Of a stretch of DNA of 64,000 bases, positions 9,089-20,149 are shown one piece after another. Numbering within the stretch: position 1 is the first letter of the stretch; every line of letters begins with the position of its first letter. A program made the translations under genes and the position numbers. The DNA comes from an uncultured Bacteroidota bacterium (lineage in GTDB: Bacteria; Bacteroidota; Bacteroidia; Bacteroidales; JAAUTT01): the NCBI GenBank assembly GCA_963846585.1, contig CAWJWO010000002.1:199592-263591 (forward strand), read 5' to 3'. The notes beneath the pieces are model-generated. The model ran no database searches and was not told where the DNA came from. It saw only the letters and a program-made list of their open reading frames with translations.

Positions 9089-12000
9089 ATGAATTTACAA
9101 TTTGATGTTTTTAAGAGATATCCCTCAAACTGGGTATATTCGTTAATATATTTGTGTTTCTTTTTGTCCGGTTTTACATCACTGATATTTGAAGTTCTAT
9201 GGAGCCGGCAGTTTGTCACAGTATTTGGAAATAGTTCTTATGCCATAAGCATTGTATTATGTGCATATATGGCAGGGATTGGTATGGGGGGGTTATATGG
9301 TGGAAAATTGGCCGACCGGACTAAAAACCATGCAGTGGTATTTGGTTCTGTACAAGTATTGATAGCTCTCTGGGCATTTTTAATTCCAATGATTCTTGAC
9401 TGGTTAAAATCAATTGTCCCCACATTATCGATTCTATCGCCCGAGTCTCTCCTGATAAGCACTTTCGCGAGATTCGGTTTATCGATTGCAATTTTAGGCA
9501 TTCCATGTTTTCTAATGGGAACTACCCTGCCTGTTTTAGTAAAAATGGTTACCGATTCAGTATCAAAAATTGGTAAGCATATAGGTATTTTATATAGTAT
9601 CAATACTTTTGGAGCAGCTATGGGTTGCCTTGCTGCAGGGTTCTGGATGATTGAAACCCTCGGCTTGCACAATACTAACCTGACAGCAATAATCATTAAC
9701 ATGATAATTGCAATCCTGATTTTTTCAATTTCAAAGAAAATTGCAAGCTTAAAAATTGATGAACAATTTATTAAGGAGACCCCAATTGCAGAAATATCGC
9801 ATGATAATGAATATTTCGCGCCATCAAAGCTTCTTTTGCTGATAGCCTTCTTTAACGGTTTTGTTGGTTTGGCCTGCGAAGTTATTTGGATTAGATATAT
9901 AGATTTTGTTGACAATGTAGCATATGTTTTCCCTACTATATTATTTATTTTTTTGCTTGGAACCGGTTTAGGAGGATTAATATTTGGATTATGGTCAGAT
10001 AAAATCCGTAAGATTGTCAAGGCCTTGGGACTCGTAGAAGTACTAATTGCTATTATTGTGCCGTTTACATTTATTACCACGGCCCTGATATTTTCGAAAG
10101 GACCACCAAGGCCAATGGAATTGTTAGGATTAACCATATATACTGTTTTTATACCAACTGTTTTAATGGGTATTGCATTCCCAATGTTATGCACTGCCTA
10201 TGTTAGGAATTTAAAAGTATTAGGTAGCCGCGTAGGATTGTTATTTTCTATAAATACTTTAGGCACGGTAATAGGTTCTCTTTTGCCAATGTTCGTGCTT
10301 ATCCCTTTGTTTGGAATCCAATTAAGCCTGTTGCTGATATCAATAATATATGGGATATTGGGGTTATCACTGTTATTTTTAAAGAATATTAAAAGTAAAC
10401 CGCTAGCTGTTAAAACAGGTGTAATGTATGCCTTAATATTACTTGCAATATTCATTGTAATACCATCCGACTTATGCAAGCGTTTTTTTCTGGCAACAAG
10501 TATTGAATTATCCAAACACAATGAAATACTTTTTTATAAAGAAGGGCGTACAGGCACTTCTATTGTGGTTCATGACAAGATTAATAACTGTAAATCGGTC
10601 TATATTAACGGTGTATCTGAAGTACCGGTAATGTATGGACATAATATATGTTTTAAAATGCTTGGCGATTTGGCGCCTCTCATGCACCCAAACCCCGACA
10701 GTATTTTAATGGTATGTTTTGGAGGAGGCATAGCCGCGGGAGCTACAGCCAGTATCCCTGAAGTAAAATCCTTAACAGTGGTTGATTTGGAAAGCAGTAT
10801 AATAGAATCGGCAAAGTTATTGACAGCTGATAATAATGGCTTGCTTAATAACCCCAAAGTTCATATTGCAATTGACGATGGACGTAATTATTTGATGATG
10901 TCACACCGCGACTGGCCCATAATTATCACTGATGCGACCCACCCAAAATCGAGCGACAGCTGGGTTTTATATACACGTGATTTTTATAAACTTGTGAATG
11001 AACATTTAACTAAGAATGGCATTTTTGTGGAATGGGTACCTTTCCAAAATATGCGTATGGAAGAGTTCAAAATTATTCTCCGCACTTTTCAATCGGTATT
11101 TCCACATTCCAGTTTATGGATTACAATAGGCACTGATGAGCAAGGCAGGTTGGTTGCTTACTCACTGGTTATCGGAACCATACAACCACTTATGATAGAT
11201 TTGGCACAGATAAGTGAAAAGTTAAAATCAGAATCGTTGCGAAACGATCTGAGGCCATATGGGCTTGATACACCGACAAGTATGCTAAGTGCATTTATTT
11301 GTTCAGAAAAGAACCTTCGTATTTGGGTTGGGAATGGATTAATTAATACAGACAACTTGCCCTATACCCAGTATGACAATCCATATTCTAAAAATCGCTT
11401 ACTCAGTGTTACAGAGTTTATAGAACCTATGGAGAGCATTTGGCCTTATATCAGTAAATCAAGTAAAACAAAAGATTCTATAACACTAAAAGACGATTTG
11501 GCGTTGAACTCAAAAATAAACAGGTGGACGATGTTAGGCTTTGTTAAAGAAGCCTTTTCATTAAGAAAAAATGATGCTCATTACAAAAAGATGCTTCAAC
11601 TGTATGATGACGGTTCAACTTATATTCAAAAGATGTCTCAGGTATATTGGAATAATCCGATTGATTTGGTTTATATTATTGAAAAGACAAATGGCAATTC
11701 AAAAAACTATGAAATAATAGAAAAAATATATAAGCGCATACTTACCCTGGATCCGGAAAATGCATCAGCACTGAATTATATGGGGGTAAAAATGCTAAAT
11801 GAAGGAAGGTTAAAAGAAGCAGAAGATATTCTGCAAACAGCAGTTAAAAATTCACATGGATACGCCGGAGCGTTTTATAACCTTGGACTTGTAATGGATA
11901 GAACTAACCGGCATGATGAAGCAATCAGATTGTGGGAAAAGGCAGCAAAAGATCCGCGATTTGAGGATGCTCCTATTACTTTAGGCATCTGTTCAGCAAA

Positions 12001-12211
12001 AAAAGGGGATATAGATGAAGCTATTAAATGGTTTCGGAGGTCTGTAGAAATAGACCCAGTATCTGTTGAGTCACGGATTTATTTATCCAAGGCTTTGATT
12101 CAAAAAGGGATTATTCCGGAAGCGTTAAAGAATATTAATTTTGTTTTTAGACTTGATCCCGGAAATACTTTTGCTCAACAATTAACTGACGAAATAAAAA
12201 ATAAAAAATGA
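9089..12211 (+). CDS. Fused polytopic membrane domain, spermidine synthase-like (class I SAM-fold) domain and C-terminal TPR repeats.
   Basis: About 12 or more TM helices. VCFGGGIAAGA, DDGRNYL and IITDATHP motifs of the spermidine synthase fold. TPR-like C-terminus. Paralogue of 25030-28011. Confidence 0.7.
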   Translation: MNLQFDVFKRYPSNWVYSLIYLCFFLSGFTSLIFEVLWSRQFVTVFGNSSYAISIVLCAYMAGIGMGGLYGGKLADRTKNHAVVFGSVQVLIALWAFLIPMILDWLKSIVPTLSILSPESLLISTFARFGLSIAILGIPCFLMGTTLPVLVKMVTDSVSKIGKHIGILYSINTFGAAMGCLAAGFWMIETLGLHNTNLTAIIINMIIAILIFSISKKIASLKIDEQFIKETPIAEISHDNEYFAPSKLLLLIAFFNGFVGLACEVIWIRYIDFVDNVAYVFPTILFIFLLGTGLGGLIFGLWSDKIRKIVKALGLVEVLIAIIVPFTFITTALIFSKGPPRPMELLGLTIYTVFIPTVLMGIAFPMLCTAYVRNLKVLGSRVGLLFSINTLGTVIGSLLPMFVLIPLFGIQLSLLLISIIYGILGLSLLFLKNIKSKPLAVKTGVMYALILLAIFIVIPSDLCKRFFLATSIELSKHNEILFYKEGRTGTSIVVHDKINNCKSVYINGVSEVPVMYGHNICFKMLGDLAPLMHPNPDSILMVCFGGGIAAGATASIPEVKSLTVVDLESSIIESAKLLTADNNGLLNNPKVHIAIDDGRNYLMMSHRDWPIIITDATHPKSSDSWVLYTRDFYKLVNEHLTKNGIFVEWVPFQNMRMEEFKIILRTFQSVFPHSSLWITIGTDEQGRLVAYSLVIGTIQPLMIDLAQISEKLKSESLRNDLRPYGLDTPTSMLSAFICSEKNLRIWVGNGLINTDNLPYTQYDNPYSKNRLLSVTEFIEPMESIWPYISKSSKTKDSITLKDDLALNSKINRWTMLGFVKEAFSLRKNDAHYKKMLQLYDDGSTYIQKMSQVYWNNPIDLVYIIEKTNGNSKNYEIIEKIYKRILTLDPENASALNYMGVKMLNEGRLKEAEDILQTAVKNSHGYAGAFYNLGLVMDRTNRHDEAIRLWEKAAKDPRFEDAPITLGICSAKKGDIDEAIKWFRRSVEIDPVSVESRIYLSKALIQKGIIPEALKNINFVFRLDPGNTFAQQLTDEIKNKK

Positions 12212-12237
12212 TAATCGGATTTTATAATTAAGATATC

Positions 12238-14670
12238 ATGATCAATATTAAATCTATTTTAAATAAAAGTAAAGATTTAGTTATATTGATAATATTAGGG
12301 TTATTAATTTTATGTGCAATTTTCCCCAGGTTCGATTTAACTTATACCCATGGTATTGACGGATCTCTTTCGTGGGTTTTTAACCATATATATAGCAGCG
12401 GTTTTCAAATTGGCAAAAATGTAATATTCCCTCATGGGCCCCTGGCATTTTTTATGTATCCAATGCAGGAAAATTTATTGTTGGCACTATTTGTTACAAC
12501 TGTTCTTCAATTGTTACTGGTTATTAATATCTTTTATGTATTAAATGGGTTTAACCCCGGTGAACGGTGGATAATTACTACATTGGTTTCAATAATTTTG
12601 CTGAACCTGTTAAGTTTTAATTTACTTATTTTAGCCAATGTCATTTTATTATTTCTTTTATTCAACGACGACTCAAAGAAAATACATTATAAGTACCTGG
12701 CATTTTTCCTAACTGTTTTTGCATTTTATGTAAAGGCTTATGTTGCAGTAGTGTCAGGAACGATAATATTTTCTTTCCTCGTAATTTCTTTTATTGCTCA
12801 ACGCAGGATTTATAAAACCCTCCTTGATTGTTCTATTTTATTGGTATTACTCTTAATTTTTTGGGTCGCCATATATGGATCATTTACAGGTATAATTCAA
12901 TACTTTATTGGTATGTTCAATTTGACCATGTCCAATTCAGCAGCGGTTTCCTTATATCCTGATAATTATTGGATTTGCTTGTCAATCTTTCTTGTAATTA
13001 CTTTTCTGATATCCTTTCTTCAAAAATCGCCGAAAGGTTATTATTTCGGTTCTTTACTTACATTAAGCATTTTTGCCGGATGGAAACATGGTATGTCACG
13101 TGAAGATATTCATCATGCCATTGAGTTTATGGTTTATATTATCATAATTTTCTTTCTCTTTATTATTTATGTCAGGAAAAACGTCAAATACAATATTATT
13201 TTTATTTTCATCGCGGTGCTGTTATTTGGTGTTAACCTCAGGAATGTTGTTAGTTTTCAAAATTATAAAATAGAGATAATCAGCGTTAACAACCTAATGG
13301 ATTTTATCAGCAATTTTTCAAAAATCAAAGAAGATGCGAATAAAGAAATTGAGGAAAATATAAATTTTAATAAAATGCCCGATGATATTATAAGCAAAAT
13401 TGGAAAGGCTAAATTAGATATTTATCCATGGGACTATTCCATTATACCTGCAAATAAATTAAACTGGCAACCAAGGCCTCAGATTCAAAGCCATTCAAGT
13501 TTTACGCCCTGGCTTGATAAAAAAAATGCAGATCACTTTAATTCAAAATCAGCGCCTGAATTTTTAATCTGGCATTTATATACAAGCAGTCAAACCGGAA
13601 TTCAAAAAACTTTTGAAAGCATTGACGGCAGGTATCTTTTAAATGACGAACCACAAACAATTATTCAAATATTGCGTAATTATGAATTATACTATAAAAA
13701 CAGCGATTTCCTTGTATATAAAAAGAGAAATATTCCTTTGCCGGTTATACAGAAGGTTTCATTGCCAGAGCATATCACCTGGGATCAATGGATCATTGTC
13801 CCTGATTCAAACAATGACCTGATAAGGATTAAAGTAAAAATAAAAGATTCTTTTTTAGGGTATTTGAAAGACTTTTTTTATAAAGGGAATTATTATTATA
13901 TATATTATAAACTATCAAATGGTTTTATTTATAAAAACCGGGTTGCATCAAAAATAGCAACTGAAGGTATGTGGATTGATCCTTATATAACCTTGCCATC
14001 CAATAATTTTATTGAGCCTAAAGTAAAAGAAATCTTATTTAAATGTTCAAATTCGCTTCTCTCCGATGATGATATAACAATTTCATGGGAAAATATTTCA
14101 TTTGGACCAGATACCAATGTTGGGAGAAACAATTATCCAAATGCATTTTTTGGCAAAAACCTGCAACCAGCCAATAATTTGTTAAAACAAACAACCAATA
14201 ATTTTGAGTTCATGAACGAAGAATGGACAAATATAGTGCCTGAAAATATGGTCACAAATGGCTACACTGGTATATATTCATGTACATTACAAATCAATTC
14301 ATATTCAGCGGCATTTGTATTAAGCCTTGATTCGTTTCAAAATAAAGAATTATTGATTGCAACAAATTGCTGGATAAAATCAGGAACAAATGCAGACGTC
14401 TTAATTGTAATTTCGGTAGAAAATAATTCCAAAATGCAGGTAAAGAATGCATCAAACATTAAGCCACAAATAATAAATAGTAAGGAATGGAACAATGTAT
14501 CCCGTTTTCAGGAATACAAAAGCGAGAAAAAAGGGGATGTATTAAAAATATTCTTGGTTAATATAGGTCAACAACCTTTATTATATGATGATTTTACAGT
14601 AAGAATTGAACAAAGAAACCCTGTTAATCCAGGTACATTTTACAAACTTCAAAGTGAAGGAACAAAATAA
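12238..14670 (+). CDS. Large polytopic membrane protein of unknown function (N-terminal ~340-aa TM bundle plus a soluble C-terminal half).
   Basis: ORF track and hydrophobicity pattern. No family motif recognised. Confidence 0.5.
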   Translation: MINIKSILNKSKDLVILIILGLLILCAIFPRFDLTYTHGIDGSLSWVFNHIYSSGFQIGKNVIFPHGPLAFFMYPMQENLLLALFVTTVLQLLLVINIFYVLNGFNPGERWIITTLVSIILLNLLSFNLLILANVILLFLLFNDDSKKIHYKYLAFFLTVFAFYVKAYVAVVSGTIIFSFLVISFIAQRRIYKTLLDCSILLVLLLIFWVAIYGSFTGIIQYFIGMFNLTMSNSAAVSLYPDNYWICLSIFLVITFLISFLQKSPKGYYFGSLLTLSIFAGWKHGMSREDIHHAIEFMVYIIIIFFLFIIYVRKNVKYNIIFIFIAVLLFGVNLRNVVSFQNYKIEIISVNNLMDFISNFSKIKEDANKEIEENINFNKMPDDIISKIGKAKLDIYPWDYSIIPANKLNWQPRPQIQSHSSFTPWLDKKNADHFNSKSAPEFLIWHLYTSSQTGIQKTFESIDGRYLLNDEPQTIIQILRNYELYYKNSDFLVYKKRNIPLPVIQKVSLPEHITWDQWIIVPDSNNDLIRIKVKIKDSFLGYLKDFFYKGNYYYIYYKLSNGFIYKNRVASKIATEGMWIDPYITLPSNNFIEPKVKEILFKCSNSLLSDDDITISWENISFGPDTNVGRNNYPNAFFGKNLQPANNLLKQTTNNFEFMNEEWTNIVPENMVTNGYTGIYSCTLQINSYSAAFVLSLDSFQNKELLIATNCWIKSGTNADVLIVISVENNSKMQVKNASNIKPQIINSKEWNNVSRFQEYKSEKKGDVLKIFLVNIGQQPLLYDDFTVRIEQRNPVNPGTFYKLQSEGTK

Positions 14671-14713
14671 TAATAGATGAATTTAATAATGGAAATAATT
14701 AAAATTTAGCAAG

Positions 14714-16681
14714 TTGGAAGTTTTATCAACAATATATAAAAATAAATTTTTCAAACCTGTTATACTAACAGTTTTTTGTTTTGTTTTTTATATTAATACA
14801 ATACCAAACTTTTATGCCTATGATGATGGTATGGTAATAATTGAAAATCAATTTACAAAAAGCGGTATTGCCGGAATACCAGATATTTTTAAGCATGACT
14901 ATTTTTATGGCTGTGTTGGGAATGATAATGCTAATCTTGTTTCAATCGGCAGGTATAGGCCTTTGTCATTGGTAACATTTGCAATCGAGTTTCAATTATT
15001 TGGAGCAAACCCGCATATCAGTCATTTTATTAATATTATGCTTTTAGCTTTAGCCTCTTTAATTTTATATTTACTTCTCTCTAAAATATTCAGTTCTTAT
15101 TTTAATGAAAACAATTTCTTTGATTTGCCTTTCGTCACAGTACTTTTATTCATAGCCCACCCTGTTCATACTGAAGTAGTGGCCAATATAAAAAGCAGGG
15201 ATGAAATTATGGCTATGATAGGTTCCCTGACAACTGTATTTTTTATTTTAAAATATATCGATACTAACCATTTTAAGTATCTGGTAATTAGTTTTTTCTT
15301 TTTCTTGTTGGCCTTGCTCTCAAAGGAAAATGCCATTACTTTTTTAGCAATCATCCCTTTAACAATTTATATTTATAAAAAAGGTAACAGGGTTAACTAT
15401 TTAATGTGTTTAATACCCGTTTGTCTGGCAACAATTTTTTTCCTAATAATCAGGATATTGGCTATAGGTAAATTTAGCCCTCCCCCGAATGAGATTTTAA
15501 ACAATCCTTATATTTACGCTACAATAAATGAAAAATCCGCTACTATTTTTTATGTCTTAGGGTATTATATTAAATTACTTTTCTGGCCCAATCCACTAAC
15601 TTTTGATTACTTTCCATACCATATTAAGTTGGTAAACTGGAACAATATTTTTGCTTTATTATCATTATTGTTTTATGTGGTGATCATAGCGTACGCGGTA
15701 TTGACAATTAGAAAAAAAACAGTTATTTCCTTTGGTATATTATTTTATATAATAACACTTTCAGTGGTATCTAACATATTTATCCCTGCCAGTTCATTTA
15801 TGGGAGAAAGGTTTTTATTTATGCCTTCTATAGGGTTTTTAATTATAATAGCGTGGCTGTTAACAGTAAAAATTCCTAAGATTGTTAAATCTTTTAATTT
15901 AAAAATACCTCTTTTGATAGTAATATTTACACTAAGTTTTTTTAAAACATATAGCCGTAATAAAGTATGGAACAATAATTTTACTTTGTTTACAACTGAT
16001 GTAAAAACGTCATCTAATAGCATTAAAGGCAATATGATTGCAGGAAGATTATATCTTGACATGGCAACCGAGACTGCTGACGATTTATTAAAGAAACAAT
16101 ATTTAGCAAACGCGTTAAAATATTCAAAAAAAGATGTCTCAATTTGCCCAAACCATATCGATGCAGTTACTCTTTTAGCAGATGCTTATACAGCGAATAA
16201 TATGCCGGATTCGGCAATATTCTGTTATCAGAAAGCAATTTATTTAATTCCTAAAAAAGCAGACTATATTTCCATGAAAGTTGAAGAAATAATGGATAAA
16301 ATAAGCAATCCGGATTTCAAAATTGAAAACTATCTTTATTTTATTAAATCATCACCTGATAATTTTATTTTTAATTATCAACTCGCTTATTTATTTGCCA
16401 GATATAAGAAAGATTTTATAAAGTCCGGCTTCTATCTTCAAAAATCAGTTGAAATCATCCCCGATAATTACATGGCAAATATGGCATTAGGAGTAAACTA
16501 CAGGTTACTTGGCGATTATAATAAATCATCTTTTTATCTTGAGAAAGCTTTAGAAATTAATCCCAACTTCTTACCTATTTGCGAAAACTTATTAATTACA
16601 TACAAAAAATCAGGAAATATTAAAAAAGAAAAAGAAGTATTAAAAAAGATAAAAGAATTGGAAAATGGAAAAAATAATTAA
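14714..16681 (+). CDS. GT-C-fold membrane glycosyltransferase-like protein with C-terminal TPR repeats (TMTC/DUF1736-like).
   Basis: GRYRPLSLVTFAIE, HPVHTEVVANIKSRDE and LLSKENAITF motifs, many TM helices, TPR tail. Paralogue of 29510-31474 and 31512-33134. Confidence 0.6.
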   Translation: MEVLSTIYKNKFFKPVILTVFCFVFYINTIPNFYAYDDGMVIIENQFTKSGIAGIPDIFKHDYFYGCVGNDNANLVSIGRYRPLSLVTFAIEFQLFGANPHISHFINIMLLALASLILYLLLSKIFSSYFNENNFFDLPFVTVLLFIAHPVHTEVVANIKSRDEIMAMIGSLTTVFFILKYIDTNHFKYLVISFFFFLLALLSKENAITFLAIIPLTIYIYKKGNRVNYLMCLIPVCLATIFFLIIRILAIGKFSPPPNEILNNPYIYATINEKSATIFYVLGYYIKLLFWPNPLTFDYFPYHIKLVNWNNIFALLSLLFYVVIIAYAVLTIRKKTVISFGILFYIITLSVVSNIFIPASSFMGERFLFMPSIGFLIIIAWLLTVKIPKIVKSFNLKIPLLIVIFTLSFFKTYSRNKVWNNNFTLFTTDVKTSSNSIKGNMIAGRLYLDMATETADDLLKKQYLANALKYSKKDVSICPNHIDAVTLLADAYTANNMPDSAIFCYQKAIYLIPKKADYISMKVEEIMDKISNPDFKIENYLYFIKSSPDNFIFNYQLAYLFARYKKDFIKSGFYLQKSVEIIPDNYMANMALGVNYRLLGDYNKSSFYLEKALEINPNFLPICENLLITYKKSGNIKKEKEVLKKIKELENGKNN

Positions 16682-17384
16682 TAAAACAAAATCTTTAATT
16701 GCGAAATGGCTTTGGATTATGTTTATTGCTTTAACTATTGAAGCATGCCACAATAATAGTATGACAAAATTCAAAAACAATGATGATGCTTTAAGTTATT
16801 ATTTAGGTATTTATACCGGATTAACTTTAAAAGATGCTGGCTACAAAGAGTTTGATAAATATCTTTTTAATGAAGCGATAAGGGAAGTGTTTAACCAAAA
16901 AGGCTTTGATAAAAATGCCTATAAAAAAGCAGATATTATAATAGCTAAATATATTACTAAGGGAAATGAAGTGCAAAATTCAATAACCTTAGAAGAAGGA
17001 AGAAAATTTCTTGCAAAGAACAAAACCCGAAAAGAAATAAAAACCACTCCAAGCGGTTTGCAATATGAAGTGGTTAAGGAAGGCTCCGGCCAAATACCTT
17101 TAGTCAATGATTCGGTGATCCTTAAATTCACAGGCTACACTTTAAATGGTTCAGAATTTTTAAATTCTGAACAATACACCCAACCATATTCAATACTTAA
17201 AACTATTCGCGGATGTAAAGAAGCGCTTGGCCTGATGAAAGAAGGTTCTCAATATAAAGTTTACCTGCCTGCTGAACTGGCATTTGGCAGGAACCCTCTG
17301 CCTGGTAATATTCTTAAATCGAATATGGCTGTTATGTTCGATATTATAGTAATACATATCGTCCCTCAAAAGGATATAAAATAA
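16665..17384 (+). CDS. FKBP-type peptidyl-prolyl isomerase lipoprotein (FkpA/Mip-like).
   Basis: Lipobox TIEAC. TTPSGLQYEVVKEGSG ... LPAELAFG FKBP signature. Confidence 0.8.
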   Translation: MEKIINKTKSLIAKWLWIMFIALTIEACHNNSMTKFKNNDDALSYYLGIYTGLTLKDAGYKEFDKYLFNEAIREVFNQKGFDKNAYKKADIIIAKYITKGNEVQNSITLEEGRKFLAKNKTRKEIKTTPSGLQYEVVKEGSGQIPLVNDSVILKFTGYTLNGSEFLNSEQYTQPYSILKTIRGCKEALGLMKEGSQYKVYLPAELAFGRNPLPGNILKSNMAVMFDIIVIHIVPQKDIK

Positions 17385-17408
17385 AACCACTATTAAAGCA
17401 CTTGAAAA

Positions 17409-18104
17409 ATGAAAATACAGCAATATTTACTGTTAATTTTTGTAGCCTATATATCAGCAGTCTCTTGCAAAAGAAAAAGTACAGGCAATATTCCGGAATT
17501 GAAAAATAGCGTGGATTCATTAAGTTATTTCACCGGCATTTTTACCGGAAATACTATGAAAAACCTTGATGACACAGTATTCAACCCTGATATTTTTTAC
17601 CAAGCTGTAAAAGAAGTATTTAAACAAAAGGAATTTAAAATGGGCAAATTAGAGGCAGATTATAATATAGGCAAATATTTTGATAAGCTACACGAAAAAG
17701 AAGAAGAAAAAAATTTAAAACAAGGCAAAGAATTTTTATCTAAAAATAGTATACGTAACGGAGTAATAACTACTCCAAGTGGCTTGCAATACGAAGTGAT
17801 AAGGGAAGGTGCAGGTGCAAAACCTAAAATCAATGAAAAGGTATTGGTTAAATATTCTGGTTCACTTATCAATGGAAAGGAATTTGCAAATACTTTTACT
17901 TTAAATAGGGTTGATACACTGTATTTTAGAAAGAATGAAATAATGCCTGGGTTCTTTGAGGCCTTAAAAATAATGAAAGCAGGTTCAAGATATAAAATTT
18001 ACCTGCCTGCCTCGTTAGCTTTTGGAAATAACCCGCCACCATTAGACGGGCTTAAGCCAAATATGGTTGTTATTTTTGATATTGAAATAATTTCAATTAT
18101 TTAA
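17409..18104 (+). CDS. FKBP-type peptidyl-prolyl isomerase lipoprotein (paralogue).
   Basis: Lipobox AVSC. TTPSGLQYEVIREGAG ... LPASLAFG. Confidence 0.8.
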   Translation: MKIQQYLLLIFVAYISAVSCKRKSTGNIPELKNSVDSLSYFTGIFTGNTMKNLDDTVFNPDIFYQAVKEVFKQKEFKMGKLEADYNIGKYFDKLHEKEEEKNLKQGKEFLSKNSIRNGVITTPSGLQYEVIREGAGAKPKINEKVLVKYSGSLINGKEFANTFTLNRVDTLYFRKNEIMPGFFEALKIMKAGSRYKIYLPASLAFGNNPPPLDGLKPNMVVIFDIEIISII

Positions 18105-20061
18105 GTTTCATTTGTTGTTTTATTTGTTCAAAATTTTGAAGGGCTGGGGAAAAATCAGGCTTTATTTTCAAAGCTCTTTCAAACCAGGATGCAGCAATTT
18201 GATAATCATGCAAGTTGGCATATATTATTCCCAAATTGTTCATAGCGTATATAGAGATTGAATCGTGTTTCAGAAAAGCAATAAACTGGTCTCTTGCTTT
18301 TTCAAATTGGTTTGTTTGCATGTATATCTCTCCAAGTTTGAATCTGATTTTTGAACTATAATATGAATAGGACTGTTTGCTTTCCGATGTTGTGGTAATA
18401 TTTATTTCATCATCAGAAATGTGAGTTCTTATTAAAGCTATGGTTTTATTGTATTCATCGATTGCCATGTATTTCATTCCTGAATTATATAAAGCATGTG
18501 CAAGGTTATCCCGAAATTCTAACCCTTCCGGATAAGCAATAACAGCTTGTTTGTAATGTCTTATTGCATTGTTATAATCGCCTGCACAAACAAATAACGT
18601 TCCAATATTATTATAGATAGTACCATTATTACTCTGATCATCTACTTTAAACAAATTATTATTGACTAATAATACCAAAGGAAAAAGCCCAATAGTGGCA
18701 TAGACAACAGGAAGGATTTCCTGTTTTATTAACTTATTAACAATCCACCATATTGTAAAGGCTGCAAAAATAAAAAGGGATATTACAACCGGAAACCTGT
18801 ATTCTGAAGAATTATAATAAATAATAGCACCCAAGAGGTACATAAAAGTATATAAAAGCAACAGGTTTAACTTTTCATTTTTATTAAATAACAGGATCAT
18901 TCCGAGCAAAGCAAGAGGTGCAATTATTCCAAAATTTATTAAGGGGGCTTTTAAAAGGGGAAAATAATTTTTACATATATTATATTCTAGTCCATTTATT
19001 GGTAGTTCATAAGCATTCCAAAATATAAAAAATTTTTTTGCTAACAAACCAACCCATTGCAATGGATTATTTTTAATAAAATTAAATGATTGCCCATACC
19101 AGTAATCTGAAGCCTCTATCGTGGTAAGTTTACGGCCCATACGCTTCGATGCCTCAATAACAAATCCCGCGTGTTCGAACCTTGTGTCCGGGTTATAAAA
19201 ATATTGGGCTTCATAAATACCCCTGGCATCATGGTTGTTGCCATTAAAAAAATTAAAACCTCCTGCCCCGCTCGTTAATACAAGTTCATTATTTATAGAA
19301 TAATTCCTGATTCCAAAAGGGATTGAAATCAACAGATACCCTAAAAATAAGCAGGCTATAAATGAAAATAAATTTTTTAACCGAACAGGGAAGCCTGAAG
19401 ATAAAATGTACCAAATAAGTATAAACGGGACAAAAAGAAGAATATTAGGTCTTAAATATGCTGATAATCCCAAAAAAAGCCCTGCAAAAAAGTAGAATTT
19501 CATCGACTTTTTTTCCAAACCCTGAAAAAGCATAAGTAAAATTAAAATATTACAAAAATTAATGAGGGCTACCTTAAGCAAAAATCCTTCATAAAAAATT
19601 GAAATACCATAAAAGACTGATATTGCAGCAGCCAATGTTGCAATCCGGTCCACGCTTTTTTCGGACAAAAATGGTTTTCGTTCATTTTCGGGATTATTAA
19701 GGTTTCGGATTGAAAAAACTTTTTTAGCAAGAATAAATACAAGAGAACAGTTAACTGAGCCAATTATAAACTGGATGAGGGCAACAGCGGGTATACTATG
19801 CCCGAATATAAAATAAATAACTGAAAGAAGATAAGGATAGGCAGGGCTCATAAAATCAAAGTCCCGACTGAGCCAGTCTTTATTAAATATCTCAATTGCC
19901 CAGACATCGTAATGCTTTGCATCTAATAATGGATATAAAAATAAAGGACTATCCTTAATTAAAATAAAATGAATTACACGGATAATAATGGCAACAAGAA
20001 ATATTCCGGCAACTTCAAAAAAAAGTTTATTTTTAACTGATATTTTGGATTTAAATTTCAT
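18097..20061 (-). CDS. ArnT/PMT-like (GT-C) membrane glycosyltransferase with C-terminal TPR repeats.
   Basis: About 12 TM helices followed by TPR-like repeats (NNLGIIYANLHDYQIAASWFERALKIKPD). Confidence 0.55.
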   Translation of the reverse strand: MKFKSKISVKNKLFFEVAGIFLVAIIIRVIHFILIKDSPLFLYPLLDAKHYDVWAIEIFNKDWLSRDFDFMSPAYPYLLSVIYFIFGHSIPAVALIQFIIGSVNCSLVFILAKKVFSIRNLNNPENERKPFLSEKSVDRIATLAAAISVFYGISIFYEGFLLKVALINFCNILILLMLFQGLEKKSMKFYFFAGLFLGLSAYLRPNILLFVPFILIWYILSSGFPVRLKNLFSFIACLFLGYLLISIPFGIRNYSINNELVLTSGAGGFNFFNGNNHDARGIYEAQYFYNPDTRFEHAGFVIEASKRMGRKLTTIEASDYWYGQSFNFIKNNPLQWVGLLAKKFFIFWNAYELPINGLEYNICKNYFPLLKAPLINFGIIAPLALLGMILLFNKNEKLNLLLLYTFMYLLGAIIYYNSSEYRFPVVISLFIFAAFTIWWIVNKLIKQEILPVVYATIGLFPLVLLVNNNLFKVDDQSNNGTIYNNIGTLFVCAGDYNNAIRHYKQAVIAYPEGLEFRDNLAHALYNSGMKYMAIDEYNKTIALIRTHISDDEINITTTSESKQSYSYYSSKIRFKLGEIYMQTNQFEKARDQFIAFLKHDSISIYAMNNLGIIYANLHDYQIAASWFERALKIKPDFSPALQNFEQIKQQMKLK

Positions 20062-20149
20062 TCACAATTACAATTATTTGTGATATTAAAAAACAACTTT
20101 TTGTTGATATATATATATAATATTCAAAATTACATTATTTTAAGCAAAT

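Noticed and set aside
9238-10194. 318-aa minus-strand ORF inside the 1040-aa gene. Similar long antisense ORFs occur elsewhere (4888-5340, 28721-29152, 55924-56334).
   Set aside because: They are antisense shadows in AT-rich DNA. The opposite strand carries coherent TM, domain and motif signatures, whereas these translations are low-complexity (I/N/K/P/S-rich).
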